Source: Podarcis filfolensis (Eukaryota). From it: 64,000 nucleotides of DNA. Shown here piece by piece: positions 24,884 to 36,689 of this stretch. The position numbers and the translations under genes were made by a program. The notes under the pieces were generated by a model that made no database searches, had not been told where the DNA came from, and was given only the letters and a program-made list of their open reading frames with translations. The stretch lies in assembly GCA_964270895.1 (NCBI GenBank), contig OZ185440.1, one strand, 5' to 3'. Positions within the stretch are counted from its first letter, which is position 1. Each line of letters starts with the position of its first letter.

Positions 24884-25053
24884 CCCTAAATGAAGTTAAA
24901 ATTCAGCCTTATCTTTCTTCTTCATAGACTGTCTGTGTCTGTAAACATCACCCAGATCTGCCATCCTCAGCTGAACACAGATCCAGGAGACATTAGAATG
25001 ATTCCTTCCTTTCTGCCCCTTATGTTGGGACCTCTCTCCTGGAATACCTATAA

Positions 25054-25191
25054 CAGGCATAGGCAAACTCAGCCCTCCAGATGTTTTGGGACTACAACTC
25101 CCATCATCCCTAGCTAACAGAACCAGTGGTCAGGGATGATGGGAGTTGTAGTCCCAAAAACATCTGGAGGGCCGAGTTTTGCCTATGCCTG
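25054..25191. mobile_element. Fold-back hAT MITE, young
   Basis: Near-perfect inverted arms of about 58 bp. 8-bp TSD ACCTATAA/GCCTATAA. Confidence 0.9.
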
Positions 25192-27274
25192 GCCTATAAC
25201 CTCTATCTTTTCCTTCAAAGATCAGCTTTCTCTGAAACCTTGCACTTAACCGCTTATTTCTCATCTCCAACTAAAAGTAAACCTAAGGCCGACCTGAACT
25301 TCTCCCATTGGCCCTTGGAGCCCAGCACACAGAAGCCACAAAATGGTGGCAGCGTCCTGCCATGCAGCTGCTGCTGCCCAACTCTCAAGCAAGTGAGCGG
25401 ATATTTCTGTTGTTAAGCTTCTTGGGGCATAGGCCTGTCATTTTTGCTTGTTATTCTGTAAAGCACAATGGACACCAAGGGTACTATAACAATGAAATTG
25501 TTGTTGCTATTGTTAAGAGTATATTATTATTAACCTTCCCTCCCTTTTTGGAGGGGTGGAGGGTGGGAACAAACCAGAACTCTCAGGTGAAGTTGTTTCT
25601 TGCTGCAAAGCTACCTAACCAAGTGAGGGACCACACTGTTCACTAGCACCATTAATCTTTGTACATGGTTCTATGTAAAGCAGCAATGATCCTGTCTGTA
25701 GGTGTCCTCTTTGGACTGCTACTTGCTGCACGAGAACAGCATAATGCTTTTTAAATGAAGGGTCACTGTATTTACCTTTGATATGAGGCAGAAGCTTGGA
25801 AATTTTAACTCCACCTGGTCTGGTCCTGTGCCTCTAAGAGAGATGGAGCAATTAGTGGATTACCATCTCAGTGGATGAAAAGTGCCAGTTAATCAATGTC
25901 CCGTTGGCAGCACATCTACACAACTGGCTCCTAACCTTTATTTTTCATTGCACAATCATCCAGTTTCCTGAACATGCACATTTTAGGTGTGGGCATACAA
26001 ATGGTCTAATGCAGGCTGAATGTGAAAATGTTCGCAAGGACATTTATTCAAAGCACAAAGATAGCTTTGGTGCAATCTGACTTTTTAAGGGTTTTATTTA
26101 CACCTGCTCTTCTCCCTTTGTCACGCAAACAAATAATGCTTAATAGAATTGAAGGACTTTTGTATGTGAAAACCCCATGTTCTTATCATTCACATAATGT
26201 GCAGTCTTCTGAACGTATGACATCAAAAATTAAACAGTTCAGTATGTAGAAGATCTTTTAGCATTGAAAATATGAGGCAACTTACCGTAAGTTTCAAAAT
26301 AATCTTCATATTTTGAGGGTTAACTTTTTGAAACGCTAAAGACATCTGCAAACATTTCAATTCAAAGCTTTCTGAATTTGAATCTCTATGTTCAGCATTT
26401 GTAGACTGGCAAATTAATCAATGTCTAATTCAGTCTTGACATTTGATTCAATTTGCTCCCAGCCCACAAAGCTGAATTGAGGGCAGCAGTGGCAGTAAGT
26501 GGTTCTGAAAGGGGTGAGTCTGTTGTCCCCAGAGGAATCTAATTTGTGTCCCTTTCCTACTCTCATGTGTAGGAAGGAAGTTTGTAGCCCTTCTTTGGCT
26601 GTTGAGGTGACTTAGAAGGTCATCAGCAACTGCAAAGAGCTACATTAAGAAGAGGTGAAGGTGGTGGTTAGAAATGCCCTTTCTCCCCTGGAACTCTCTA
26701 CTATCACACACAGTCTCCTATTCTAGTCCAAGAAGGAGCTATTGGCCAATGGTGTGATTAGCGCCATGGAGAGGAACAGTTCATAACGGTTCTGTCTCAC
26801 TTCATGATGAGTCTGACTCAAGTCTTTAATTTGGGCTTCATTCTTTTAAATTGGACCTGTTGTAAACCAAGCATGAGGAGCTCCCCAACACTGCAAGCTC
26901 TTTCACGAACTTACTGGGGAACATAGTTTGAGTGGGGTACTTATAGCAGTGGAGGTCTCACATGTAAGGCACTATATTTCACATACTCCCCATCACTTAA
27001 TTTTGTGATGCTATAAAGCTTCCCCCATCATCAACCTCTTCCCATACCCTTGGTATGTTCAGGAAATGGAAGGGTGGGGAAATCTGGTGATTAAGCCTAT
27101 TGTGAGTTGGGCCCAAACCTCTTTTTAGCATTCCATGCCTCACAATTTAACAAGAGAAGGCACCATCACTATGAAGATACCTTATGTTCCTGCTATAGAT
27201 ATATCATGAGACTAGAAGGCAACTTCAGGGAACACACAGTGCAAAGAAGGACTCCAGGGTGATATATGTATGCC

Positions 27275-27295
27275 TTCAGCACCATGGACAGCACA
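27275..27295 (+). promoter_or_regulatory. RE1/NRSE (REST/NRSF binding site)
   Basis: TTCAGCACCATGGACAGCACA matches 19/21 of TTCAGCACCATGGACAGCGCC. Both half-sites and the 2-bp spacer are intact, and it is not in a recognisable repeat. Confidence 0.75.
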
Positions 27296-27714
27296 CAGTG
27301 TAGTTCAAACTAAGAATAGCTAACTAGTGAATGAATCAGTAATCTGATTCTCAGATAAGGCCAAAATAGTTAGCAGTCTACTGAGGTGCCTCCACACCAT
27401 TGGTATGATTTGTTTAAGCACACATTTAGGTTTGTGGAACTAATGCCAATTAAAGTGCTCTAGCACAACAAATCCATTTCCCCCCCAATGGACTTTTGTG
27501 GTTAGAAAAGTGATGGGGAAATGCACTGAAAAGTGAGGGATGAATGGATGATTAATGGGAAGGCATATGAAAGCCCTACAAGCAAGTCAATATGAATGCT
27601 TGTTGTCATATAGCTTTCCTGCAATCACATCATGATGAATGCTCAATAAAGATTAGGCATAGTCTAACATCAGCATAAGTTTTGTGCAATCAAATCAGGA
27701 TACTGTTTTTTTAA

Positions 27715-27828
27715 AAATGATTGATGTTTTTAGTATGTTTTTAGATCTGCTGTAAGTCACCCAGAGTTTCTGGGGAAACCCGGCCAGATGGGTGGGGTAG
27801 AAATGTTGTTGTTGTTGTTGTTATTGTT
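27715..27828 (+). mobile_element. L2 3' end with (TTG)n tail
   Basis: GTAAGTCACCCAGAG..GGGAAACCCGGCCAGATGGGTGGGGTAGAAA followed by (TGT)n. Confidence 0.75.
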
Positions 27829-28581
27829 AGATCACATCTGGAGGAGCTCTGAGAGCAAAAATACTTGCTCCACCTCTCAGGTGGAAAAGATCCCATTTAA
27901 AGGATAATGTTCTGGTTTTTCTAAAATAGGCACTCCAGCAACACCTCTGGAACTGACTGGTGTGCTGATGAAAGCAGGATAAGACAAAAAGGAGAACAGG
28001 CTTCAGTGCCCAGTGATGCAAAACTCTTTATTGTAGCTCAAGGCATTTCAGAGTGAAAAACTCCTTCTTCAGGAGCTTGAAAGGAGAATTATTAAAATTC
28101 AAAAACACCTCATTCCACTTAAAGAAACAGCTTGAAAAAGTAGTATAGCAGTATTTTCTCTGGGTGCTCACATCTATGTTGAACCTTAAAAGGTGACGTT
28201 TGGATGATGGGTGACTTAGGAAGCAAAGTCTTCTCAGTAGGGCTATCAGCCTGTTCTGTGGATGTCTCTTTCTATTGGTTGGTTCCTGGGATGGTCAAGA
28301 TATAGGAACCCTGGGGGAGAAATAAATTTTTCCCAAGGCAATATTGAGCCACAAGCTTTGAACAGTTCATTGTAAATGTGACCTGTGTTTATTATAGAGC
28401 AAGAAAGAGTCAAATGTCTGTAGCTTTATGGCTGGTGTCCTTGATGCTGTGACAGACAGTATCTGACAAGCACACCAAGGATTGAAACATGGCCCTTTTG
28501 AGTCAGCAATAGCTAGAAATCTCTGCCTTGAACTAACAACTCAGTTTCTGAAGGTATAATATGTGGCACTTAGAATGAGTT

Positions 28582-28647
28582 ATGACCAATCCATCACTTA
28601 GCCACAAAATACCAGATGTACTTGTGGCTAAGTGATGGATTGCTCAT
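28582..28647. repeat. Isolated perfect inverted repeat (hairpin)
   Basis: CAATCCATCACTTAGCCACAA (28587-28607) and its exact reverse complement (28622-28642) flank a 14-nt loop. After one mismatch the stem extends 4 more pairs. Confidence 0.9.
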
Positions 28648-28864
28648 CAGTCAGGCCTACTTTATGTGCTGTACAAAAAAATAGTGTAAGTTCAAATGCT
28701 TAATTTTTGCAATGTTTTTCTGAATGTATTTGGGGAATAGGGAATTGGCTGCCCATCTTGCTACTCAATATAGCTTTTGCTGTTTCAAATGTGCCCACTG
28801 GCCCCAAAAGGTTGGCAATGCCAACCCTAAGCTGTGGGAGAGGCAGATTTATAGAAAAGGAGCA

Positions 28865-29012
28865 TATTATTATTATTATTATTACTACTACTACTACTAT
28901 TACTACTGCTGCTGCATCTGACTGGCTTGCCCCAGCCACTCTTGGTGGTTTCCAGCAAGACAGAAAAACACAACAAAACATCAGACATTAAAACTTCCCA
29001 ATATAGGGCTGC
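28865..29012 (-). mobile_element. L2 3' end with compound trinucleotide tail
   Basis: (TAT)n(TAC)n(TGC)n followed by CATCTGACTGGCTTGCCCCAGCCACTC..ACATTAAAACTTCCC..AGGGCTGCCTTCA. Confidence 0.75.
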
Positions 29013-30348
29013 CTTCATAGGCATACATGAAATAAAACGTATTTTTCAGTCCATGTCAGTGGAAGGTCCAGAAACCCACAGAGAAATATCAATCAAAAGA
29101 AGCTGAATATCAATGCAAGGTATACTGACTGAGATATAGCTGAAAGTGAAGGAAGCCTTCTGGTCTCATTAAGCTTGATATGACATATGAGAGGGACCAG
29201 AAGTGACCTCATGCCTCTCCTGGCACTTGCCTATATCTCCATACGGAAAGATCTGTCCTTCGCTAATGCCCCTCCTCTGTTTCCATTTTCAGCATGAAGC
29301 ATTTTCTTGTTTGTCTTCACTGTGTCTTGGCTTTATAAATATTTATAGGATGTAACGCTGAAGTTTGTCACATGTAATTATGTGAAAGTAACATGATGCT
29401 GTCTGCAGGTGGCATGTGTAGGTTGAGATGCTTTGCCAAAGGACATGATTGAATGGCATGCGGCAGAAGGAGAACTGCCTGATAGTTATGCTCTCTGAAC
29501 AGCTAGAGAAACAGAAGCTCTTTCCTAAAACATAAACAATGGGGACCTGGGCAGCTCAAACCAACCCTTTTACAGTGTTCACCTATCTCATTGAGTGCAA
29601 AACAGGCAGTCACAACGCCATCCGTTTATTTTGCTGTCTGGTGGGAACTTAGGAAACATGGATTCACTTTCCTTGCTCTTTCTCCATAAAGAAGCTACTT
29701 CGATTTTGTGCACTTATAAAATTCATACTTTCCCAATCATGCCAATGCAACATTTATGACAGAGATTGCAAAGTATTGTGTTGGTTGGATAGTGTGTATA
29801 TCTGATGTCATATAGCAGTTATTTAAATAGCTTATCTGGAGACAAAAAGCTCCTGTCACATGGAAGTCTATCACTTCTGTCTGGGACTCCAGGCCTTTCA
29901 CCAGGAATTGCATGGCCTGAAGATGAGACCATGCTTAGTAAGGTACCCAAGAGTATTTATGTTTAGGCTTTAGAAGAATGCAGGAGTGTGCAAAACTAGC
30001 CCCTGTAACTGGCAGTCAATATGAAGTCTCTGGGTTGGCCAGGTCTGGTATAAGCATTAGGAGCATAGTTTTATGACCTAGTGTGATCAGCAGGGTATGT
30101 CCAGAAGGATCCTGTCATACTTCTGGGTCTCAGGTTGGAGAACACATGCTCCAGGACTAGATTCAAGTACAGGTCATCCTAACACAGTTGTAAGAAGAAT
30201 GGAGGTTGCTTCCATATTAAGGTCCTTTAGTAGTGCTATTCTGCAATTAAAAAATGGGAGAGGAAATCCATTGCCCTGCTCCACCCCCCTCCAGGAAATC
30301 TGTAGCAACACCAGTGACCGGAGATGGGGGCATCTTGGGCAAACCACA

Positions 30349-30477
30349 NNNNNNNNNNNNNNNNNNNNNNNNNNNNNNNNNNNNNNNNNNNNNNNNNNNN
30401 NNNNNNNNNNNNNNNNNNNNNNNNNNNNNNNNNNNNNNNNNNNNNNNNNNNNNNNNNNNNNNNNNNNNNNNNNNNNN
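30349..30477. other. Assembly gap (129 N)
   Basis: Run of N. Confidence 1.
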
Positions 30478-30872
30478 CCCGCCCATCTGGCTGGGTTTTC
30501 CCAGCCACTTTGGGCCGCTCCCAATAGAATATTAAAAACATGATAAAACATCAAACATTAAAAACTTCCCTAAACAGGGCTGGCTTCAGATGTCTTCTAA
30601 ATGTCAGATAGTATTTTATTTCCTTGACATCTGATGGGAGGGCGTTCCACAGGGCAGGCACCACTATTGAGAAGGCCCTCTGCCTGGTTCCCTGTAACTT
30701 CACTTCTCACAGTGAGGGGACCGCTAGAAGGCTCTCGGAGCTGGACCTCAGTGTCTGGGCAGAATGATGGGGGTGGAGACGCTTCTTCAGGTATACTGGG
30801 CTGAGGCAGTTTAGGGCTTTAAAGGTCAGCACCAACACTTTGAATTGTCCTTGGAAATGTACTGGGAGCCAA
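30478..30872 (-). mobile_element. L2 LINE 3' portion
   Basis: The minus strand translates to WLPVHFQGQFKVLVLTFKALN...LRSSSESLLAVPSL...GTRQRAFSIVVPALWNALPSDVKE, the L2 ORF2 C-terminus. Confidence 0.9.
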
Positions 30873-31611
30873 TATACAGCCACGTATTCTTCAATTGTAA
30901 GACTTTTAAAGGCATCTGAAAAAAAACAGCCTGAAAAACTGTGGACTAGCCTGAATTTGCCATTACTGAACTGTTCCTTTCTCCTGATATCTAGTGAAAC
31001 AGGTTTAACTATCCAGGCAGCAAATTTCTAACAGGAGAGACTCTCGCTAGTATCAGTCTCCCCTGTTTTCTCACTCAAATGTTCCCAGAGCCATTTTGCA
31101 TTAGTCACTCTCTCCTCCCACAGACGACAACAAATACTAATGGGATATGACACTGTAACAGCTGAATGAAGTGCCACTAATGGGACGAGGCTGTCACATT
31201 GTCTCAGTGCAAGGGAAGCCTTCCATGCAGCTTCAGCTTGTTCTCACCCATGCCTGCAAGCGCCAGCCTGCCCCTTGGGCACCCAGGGAAATCCAACCTC
31301 ATGAGCATCCTCCAAACTGTTCATATAGTGGCAGGGAGGTGAACTGTGCAAGCATATGCCATTGGAAGACCGTGACTTGGCTGGGCTTTGTCAGCTAACC
31401 ACAGAGGCATGACCTTAGCTACAGCACTCCCGGAGTCCCCGCTGTGAGAGTGCACTGGCCTCTGACCAGCTCAACAAATACAGACCAGAGAACCTGTCTG
31501 TGTTTCACGGGCATGTCCACGCTTCAGCTTGGTTGGGTTTCAGGAGCTCATTATCACACACAGCACTCATCCAGCTCCCAAGGCTCCAATACGGTTTCAG
31601 CAGCATGAACT

Positions 31612-31750
31612 GGGGGATAGCTCAGTTGGTAGATCATGCGACTCTAAATCTCAGAGTCATTAGTTTGAGTCCCATCTTGGGCAAAAGATTCCTGCATTTC
31701 AAGGGGTTGGACAAGTTGATCCCTGTGGTCACTGTCAACTCTACAATTCT
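31612..31750 (+). mobile_element. tRNA-derived SINE with CR1-type tail
   Basis: A-box TAGCTCAGTTGG, a degenerate B-box GTTTGAGTCCC and the CR1 tail CAACTCTACAATTCT. Confidence 0.75.
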
Positions 31751-31834
31751 GTAAGTTGTAATCTAAGGCTGGGTACAATCTTATACCCACTTACACAGAA
31801 GCAGCAGTTAATAAATCTGTGATTTCCACCCCTC

Positions 31835-32160
31835 CATTCCATTTCTCATTATTTCCAGTTTTAAGTTCAGTTCATCCTATTCCTGCACCAGTTTGCGATT
31901 TTTAAAAAGAGAGTCCCCATAGAAATTCATCTGCATTTTGTTATGTTATGTTCTCTTCATTTATGCATTCTTATCTACATTTCCCCCTAATATATGCATT
32001 TTGAACACTTGTTTTGGTTAGAGAACAGCACTGCAGCATTCAGAAAAGTGTGAATTCTGAAAGGAAGCTGTGTTTTGGTTCACATATTGTTTTCAGCAGT
32101 GTGAATGAAGTGGGTTTGCATTAAAATGTAAGTGGAACAAAATTTCTCCCCCCATCCCTA
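31835..32160. mobile_element. AT-rich non-autonomous DNA transposon relic (…CATCCCTA terminus)
   Basis: Homologous to 53105-53492 and 57115-57300 (AAAAGTGTGAATT, TTTTGGTTCA, AAATTTCTCC..CATCCC). Confidence 0.4.
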
Positions 32161-33802
32161 CCTGAGAGAAAGCCTCATTGAATGGGACTTACTTGTGAGC
32201 AGACATCTATAAGGTTGCACTGAATATTTACCTTCAATGTGCATTCTGAACTCCATAATCTCATATTGGAGAAATACGGGATTTAGGGAGACTGCTGCAT
32301 AGAGAGAGCTACTCTCACAGCCTTAAATCTTTCTCTTTTGTATAGTGTCTCTGAGCTCTTTGCATTGTTATTGTTATTGGTTTGGTCCAGATACGAAAAG
32401 AGTCTCAAGCCCAAGCTGACCTCCCTCACACAAGTCTCCAAGAAGTTACAGCTACTTCTTCAGCCTTGGCCAGCGGTTTTCCCATTAAACAATGGACGGT
32501 CACAGTATCATTTTTGTATAGCAGCCTGTTCTTTCACTTGAACTTCAACCATATGAGCATGACTCACAGGGTAGGATGACATCCATCCGTAATAAACATT
32601 GGTCTCCAACATCCTGGAGCCACCCACACTTGGAGCTGTGATGATTACAAAGCCATTTCCCGTATTGTCATAACCTTCTTTTTATTATAAGGGATCACCT
32701 AATGACCACTTGTGCTTGTCAGTGTTGCTGCTGTGTGGCCCCAATTTATGCACTTGTATCTACCTACATGCCTGCATACCCATTTGTAGGTAATAGATCT
32801 ATATAAGAGCATGATTTTCTTTTGTTCTGAACATTTCAGCTGCTGGAGGCTTTTGAATTGCACACTCAGACTCTCAAATAGTCTTGCCATTGTTCTCTTC
32901 ACTTATCACTGTGCACTGAGTCATACTGTTATCTGACAGTGCAGGAAGGACGGGTCTCTGAGATATCAGATGCAATCCAGTCAGCATCAGGCTGTTTTGT
33001 TGGTTTGAGTCTGTGCTTTGCCTTCAGAAGGGTAGCAACAAGAGGGGGAGGAAGGGGAAAACTAATGAGATTAATCCTCTGAATTCATTATGCAAAATCC
33101 TGGCATCCATCCAAGCTCTCTTGCACGAGCGGTCAATGCCTTCCTTTAATAGCATTAAGCAAAATTACAAATCACAATGTTGGCTAATCAATCTCAATAG
33201 GTTTCACTGCATCCATTAAAAAGAAAAGAAAACTCCATCCAAGAGAGCCTGTAGTCACTGGAATTCAGGGTGGGGGGTGGAGCTTTCTAAGCATCTTCAG
33301 CAGTAATTGCTGGAGAGGATGCTGATGACTTTTATCTGTTTTGAAGTTCTTATGCAGGCAGGCATAAAGGTGGATATGAGGAAAGAAGAGACAGAAAGGT
33401 GGTTGGGGGGAGAGCAGAGCGAAAATAATCGGGAAGGGGCAGTGCACGGGAAAGCAAAAGCAAGGAGGAATCTGGAGTCGGGGGGGGGGGCAGATGAGCT
33501 CAGTTTAGCTTTCTCAAGCAGACTTGACTGCTTTTCTGTTGCTGAAACTGACCAGAGATCAACCTATCACAAAGCCATTCATCTGCACCCTCCACCGGAT
33601 CTTTGGCCCTATTTTGATGGTTGCCACATGGTTGATGAAGAAACATGGCATCACAGCAGGCTATGGAGAAGCACCCCAACATTGCCCCAATGAACTCAGT
33701 GGGACCTGTTGAAGAAAGAGGCAAAACTTTTTTCAAGAACTTCCCTTGATTGATTACAAATGGAAACAGGGCTTTTCCTGAAAATTAGGCTGTGACAGAG
33801 AC

Positions 33803-33937
33803 TGGGTAGCCAACATGGTTCCCTCAAGATGTTGTTGGACTACCAATCCCATCAGTTCCTGTCAGCATGGCAGATGGTTAGGGCTTATGGGAGTTGTAGT
33901 CCAACAAATACCTGGAGGGCCACAAATTGACCACCTG
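33803..33937. mobile_element. Fold-back hAT-like MITE
   Basis: GATGTTGTTGGACTAC..TCCCATCAG / ATGGGAGTTGTAGTCCAACA..CTGGAGGGC arms. Confidence 0.65.
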
Positions 33938-34674
33938 AGATTTAGAGGATACTTACTTAAAAAAAATAAAATCCTTATAATTACAGAACACATATTGAGA
34001 AACAAGGGAAAACGACAATAATTTCAAGCTCCCCAACCCTGTCTAAGTTCTTATCCAGATAGTACAGTCTGGAAGATGTTTACTTGCAGCAGCTGAGCAC
34101 AACCTGTTTCCAAGCTAATGCTGAAAATAAGAGTACAAAATGTTGACCAGAGCACACGGAAAAATCTAACACCACAAGTCCCTGTTCTGTATTAACCCAG
34201 AGTTTAAAGGGGCCACCAGTCCATCAAATCTTCTCCAGCACAAAGCATTTCCCAGGCAGCTAGTAGTTTCCTAAGCAATTTCTAAGGGCAGGCCCCCTCC
34301 AATAATCATGTGGCACAGGATAAAGGATCAGCAAACATCTAATAAATCCTTGATTCAACAAAAATGGGAATGTATTTGTGTTTGCAAGGGGGATATAACT
34401 CACTCTTTTGACAGTACAGATTTGTCTCTACAGCACATTTCATAGGTTTAGCAGGGGTCTTTTAAAAACCTCCAACTTTTCCTCTTCAAATTCTGAATTC
34501 TTTAAGAAGAGCAGTTGGCAGTGAAAGACACTTACTAGCCTATAAAAGCAGATGTGGAGAGCCTTGCACTCATAGGCTGCACACCACAATCCCCCAGGTC
34601 ACATCCCTCACTGTCCCTCCTGTGATCCCTACCTGAGTGCTTTTGCCCCCTGTTTACATTTGTTTAAATATTAC

Positions 34675-34843
34675 ATTTATCCCTTCCTCTCCCCTTCATT
34701 TATCCTCACAACAACCCTGTGAGGTAGGTTCAGCTGAGAGATAGTAGACCAAAGTTACCCTCTGAGCTTCAAGGTTGAATGGAGATTTGGATCTGGGTGT
34801 CTCCAATTCTAGTTCAACACCCTAACCATTACACCACACTGCC
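34675..34843 (-). mobile_element. MIR-like CORE-SINE
   Basis: TTTATCCTCACAACAACCCTGTGAGGTAGG CORE and CCATTACACCACACTG head. Confidence 0.7.
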
Positions 34844-35237
34844 GTCTTGGTTTGCAGAGACCTCTGCCTCTGGAAATGCTGGGCAAAATGCAAAACTCAA
34901 GTGCCAGTAGGAGACATCTGTTAGAGATTTGCATGTGCAGAATCAGGAGAAATGGTAGAATGGGGAGGTGGCAAGGTGAACTCCTCAGAACTAGAATCTC
35001 AGGAGGTCAGGATGAAAGTGAACTGGCGGCTCTGTGTAGAAGTGGCATAGCAGGTGAGCACTTCTGATACCACAAATTTTGACATTTGAGAACACTAGAA
35101 CAGCAAAGGCATTCATGGCTCTGGAGCTGGAGTTAACAAATGAGCTATTTCAGCAGAGCTGCCTCAGGGAGCTTCAATGCACTGGTATGCTTGTCTAAAG
35201 TCAATACCTTCAACTCTGGACTTACATGAATATTGAG

Positions 35238-35271
35238 CTCTTCTCTCTCTCTCTCTCTCTTTCTCTCTCTC
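35238..35271. repeat. Imperfect (CT)n microsatellite
   Basis: Read directly. Confidence 0.9.
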
Positions 35272-36689
35272 CATTCCCCCACCACCTTGTTCAAGAAATG
35301 GCAGAAAAGGGGTCTGAGGGAGATCCCTTACCACAGGCATGAGGAATCCTTGGCCCTCCAAATATTGCTGAATTACAGTGCCCAGCATAGAACAGCAATG
35401 CTGTACACCTGAATTGCCAGCAGCATTGTCACTTCCAGTTACTGGAAGGGCGAAAGGTGAGGCAGCAAGGATGTCAGTGCTGTGCAGGAACCCTTGTGGA
35501 GCCAATCTGATACTCCCACCAGTGCACCCACACAACACCAACATCCTCCCTCCCTCCCACCCTTCTGGTAGGAGGTCAAGTTGCAGGAAGTCAACTTGCA
35601 GTGGTGACCCTTCCTGCCAAACATTGTGGGGATTACTACAACTCCCAGAATCCCCAAGCACTGACTGTGCTGGCTGGGGCTGATAGGAGTTGGAGCCAAA
35701 CAACATCTGTTGGCTACATCTTTGGAATAAGAGTCATGTTCAGTGGGGCAGTTCACTGTTAATAGAGACAGCTCTATATTAAGGAATTGGGGGCAGTATC
35801 ATGACTTGGGCTTATATAACCTGCCTGTGGTGTAGTAAGATATAGCTCATCTCAAACAATCCTACCACACAATTTACCTCAGCCCAGGTTTCAAGACATT
35901 TGGTGGCCCAGTTTCTCTGACTCCCACAGCTTATCCAGGCTAGTATAACCCCCTCACATTACCTCACTGCCCTCATACTCTTTCTACCTCAAAGTTTCTC
36001 TCACAATGCGTTCAATTAAATTCCAGTTGTACATAAAACTATTTTAAGTTATAGAGCAAGAGTAAGGCACTGAGATTTAAAGATGTAATGAAGGACTGTA
36101 GGTTTTTCCTCAAAGTCTAACTAGAATTGAGAGAGAAGTGGTCCCTTGGTACCAATACCTACAATGGAGTAATTTGATTCAAGACTAGCATTTGTGCAAA
36201 ACTAATTGGAATCTGGCTGCGTTAAAAATCAGATCACTAAGTGACTCAGTCAGAAGGGGGCACATCAATATTCTACAACTTACTGAGGCCTCAAGTACGG
36301 CAAAAAAAAAAATTAAAAATCCCACCACAACCATCTCTTTATGCTGTCAAATGGTTCCAGGTCTTTTCCCCGGAGGAGAAATAGAGGCAGATATGGTCCA
36401 TCACAGTCTTCAACACAACTTGAATCTTCCTCAAAAATTTTTAAAAGAGAAATCTCCCCTGTGGTAACAACAAGGAGCGCACTCCAGCAAAGTTGCAAAA
36501 TATTAATGAACAATGTTCCAACCATGGTTGGGTGGACATATTGTCAGCTTGGTTGGTTATGTCCCCAAATCAGAAGATTCTGAACCTGGATACACCAGTT
36601 TATTGACTCAGTTGTGAGCTATTGCATCCTATTAGACATGTGGGAAGCCCTCCTAAGTATCCCACAGTTATCTTTTATTCATTTAGTGG

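Noticed and set aside
28643-28650. Minus-strand CTGATGAG next to the long hairpin, like a hammerhead ribozyme core
   Set aside because: There is no GAAA after the stem (it reads GTCATAAC) and no stems I or III.
31612-31690. Possible tRNA genes (also 40290-40365 and 61400-61460)
   Set aside because: There is no full cloverleaf, and each continues into a LINE-derived tail, so they are SINE heads.
34858-35053. 196-nt open plus-strand segment between AG and CAG|GTGAGC
   Set aside because: The acceptor derives from a SINE edge and the peptide shows no homology.
35164-35706. 180-aa minus-strand ORF
   Set aside because: It runs through MITE fragments and a (CT)n microsatellite and has no recognisable domain.
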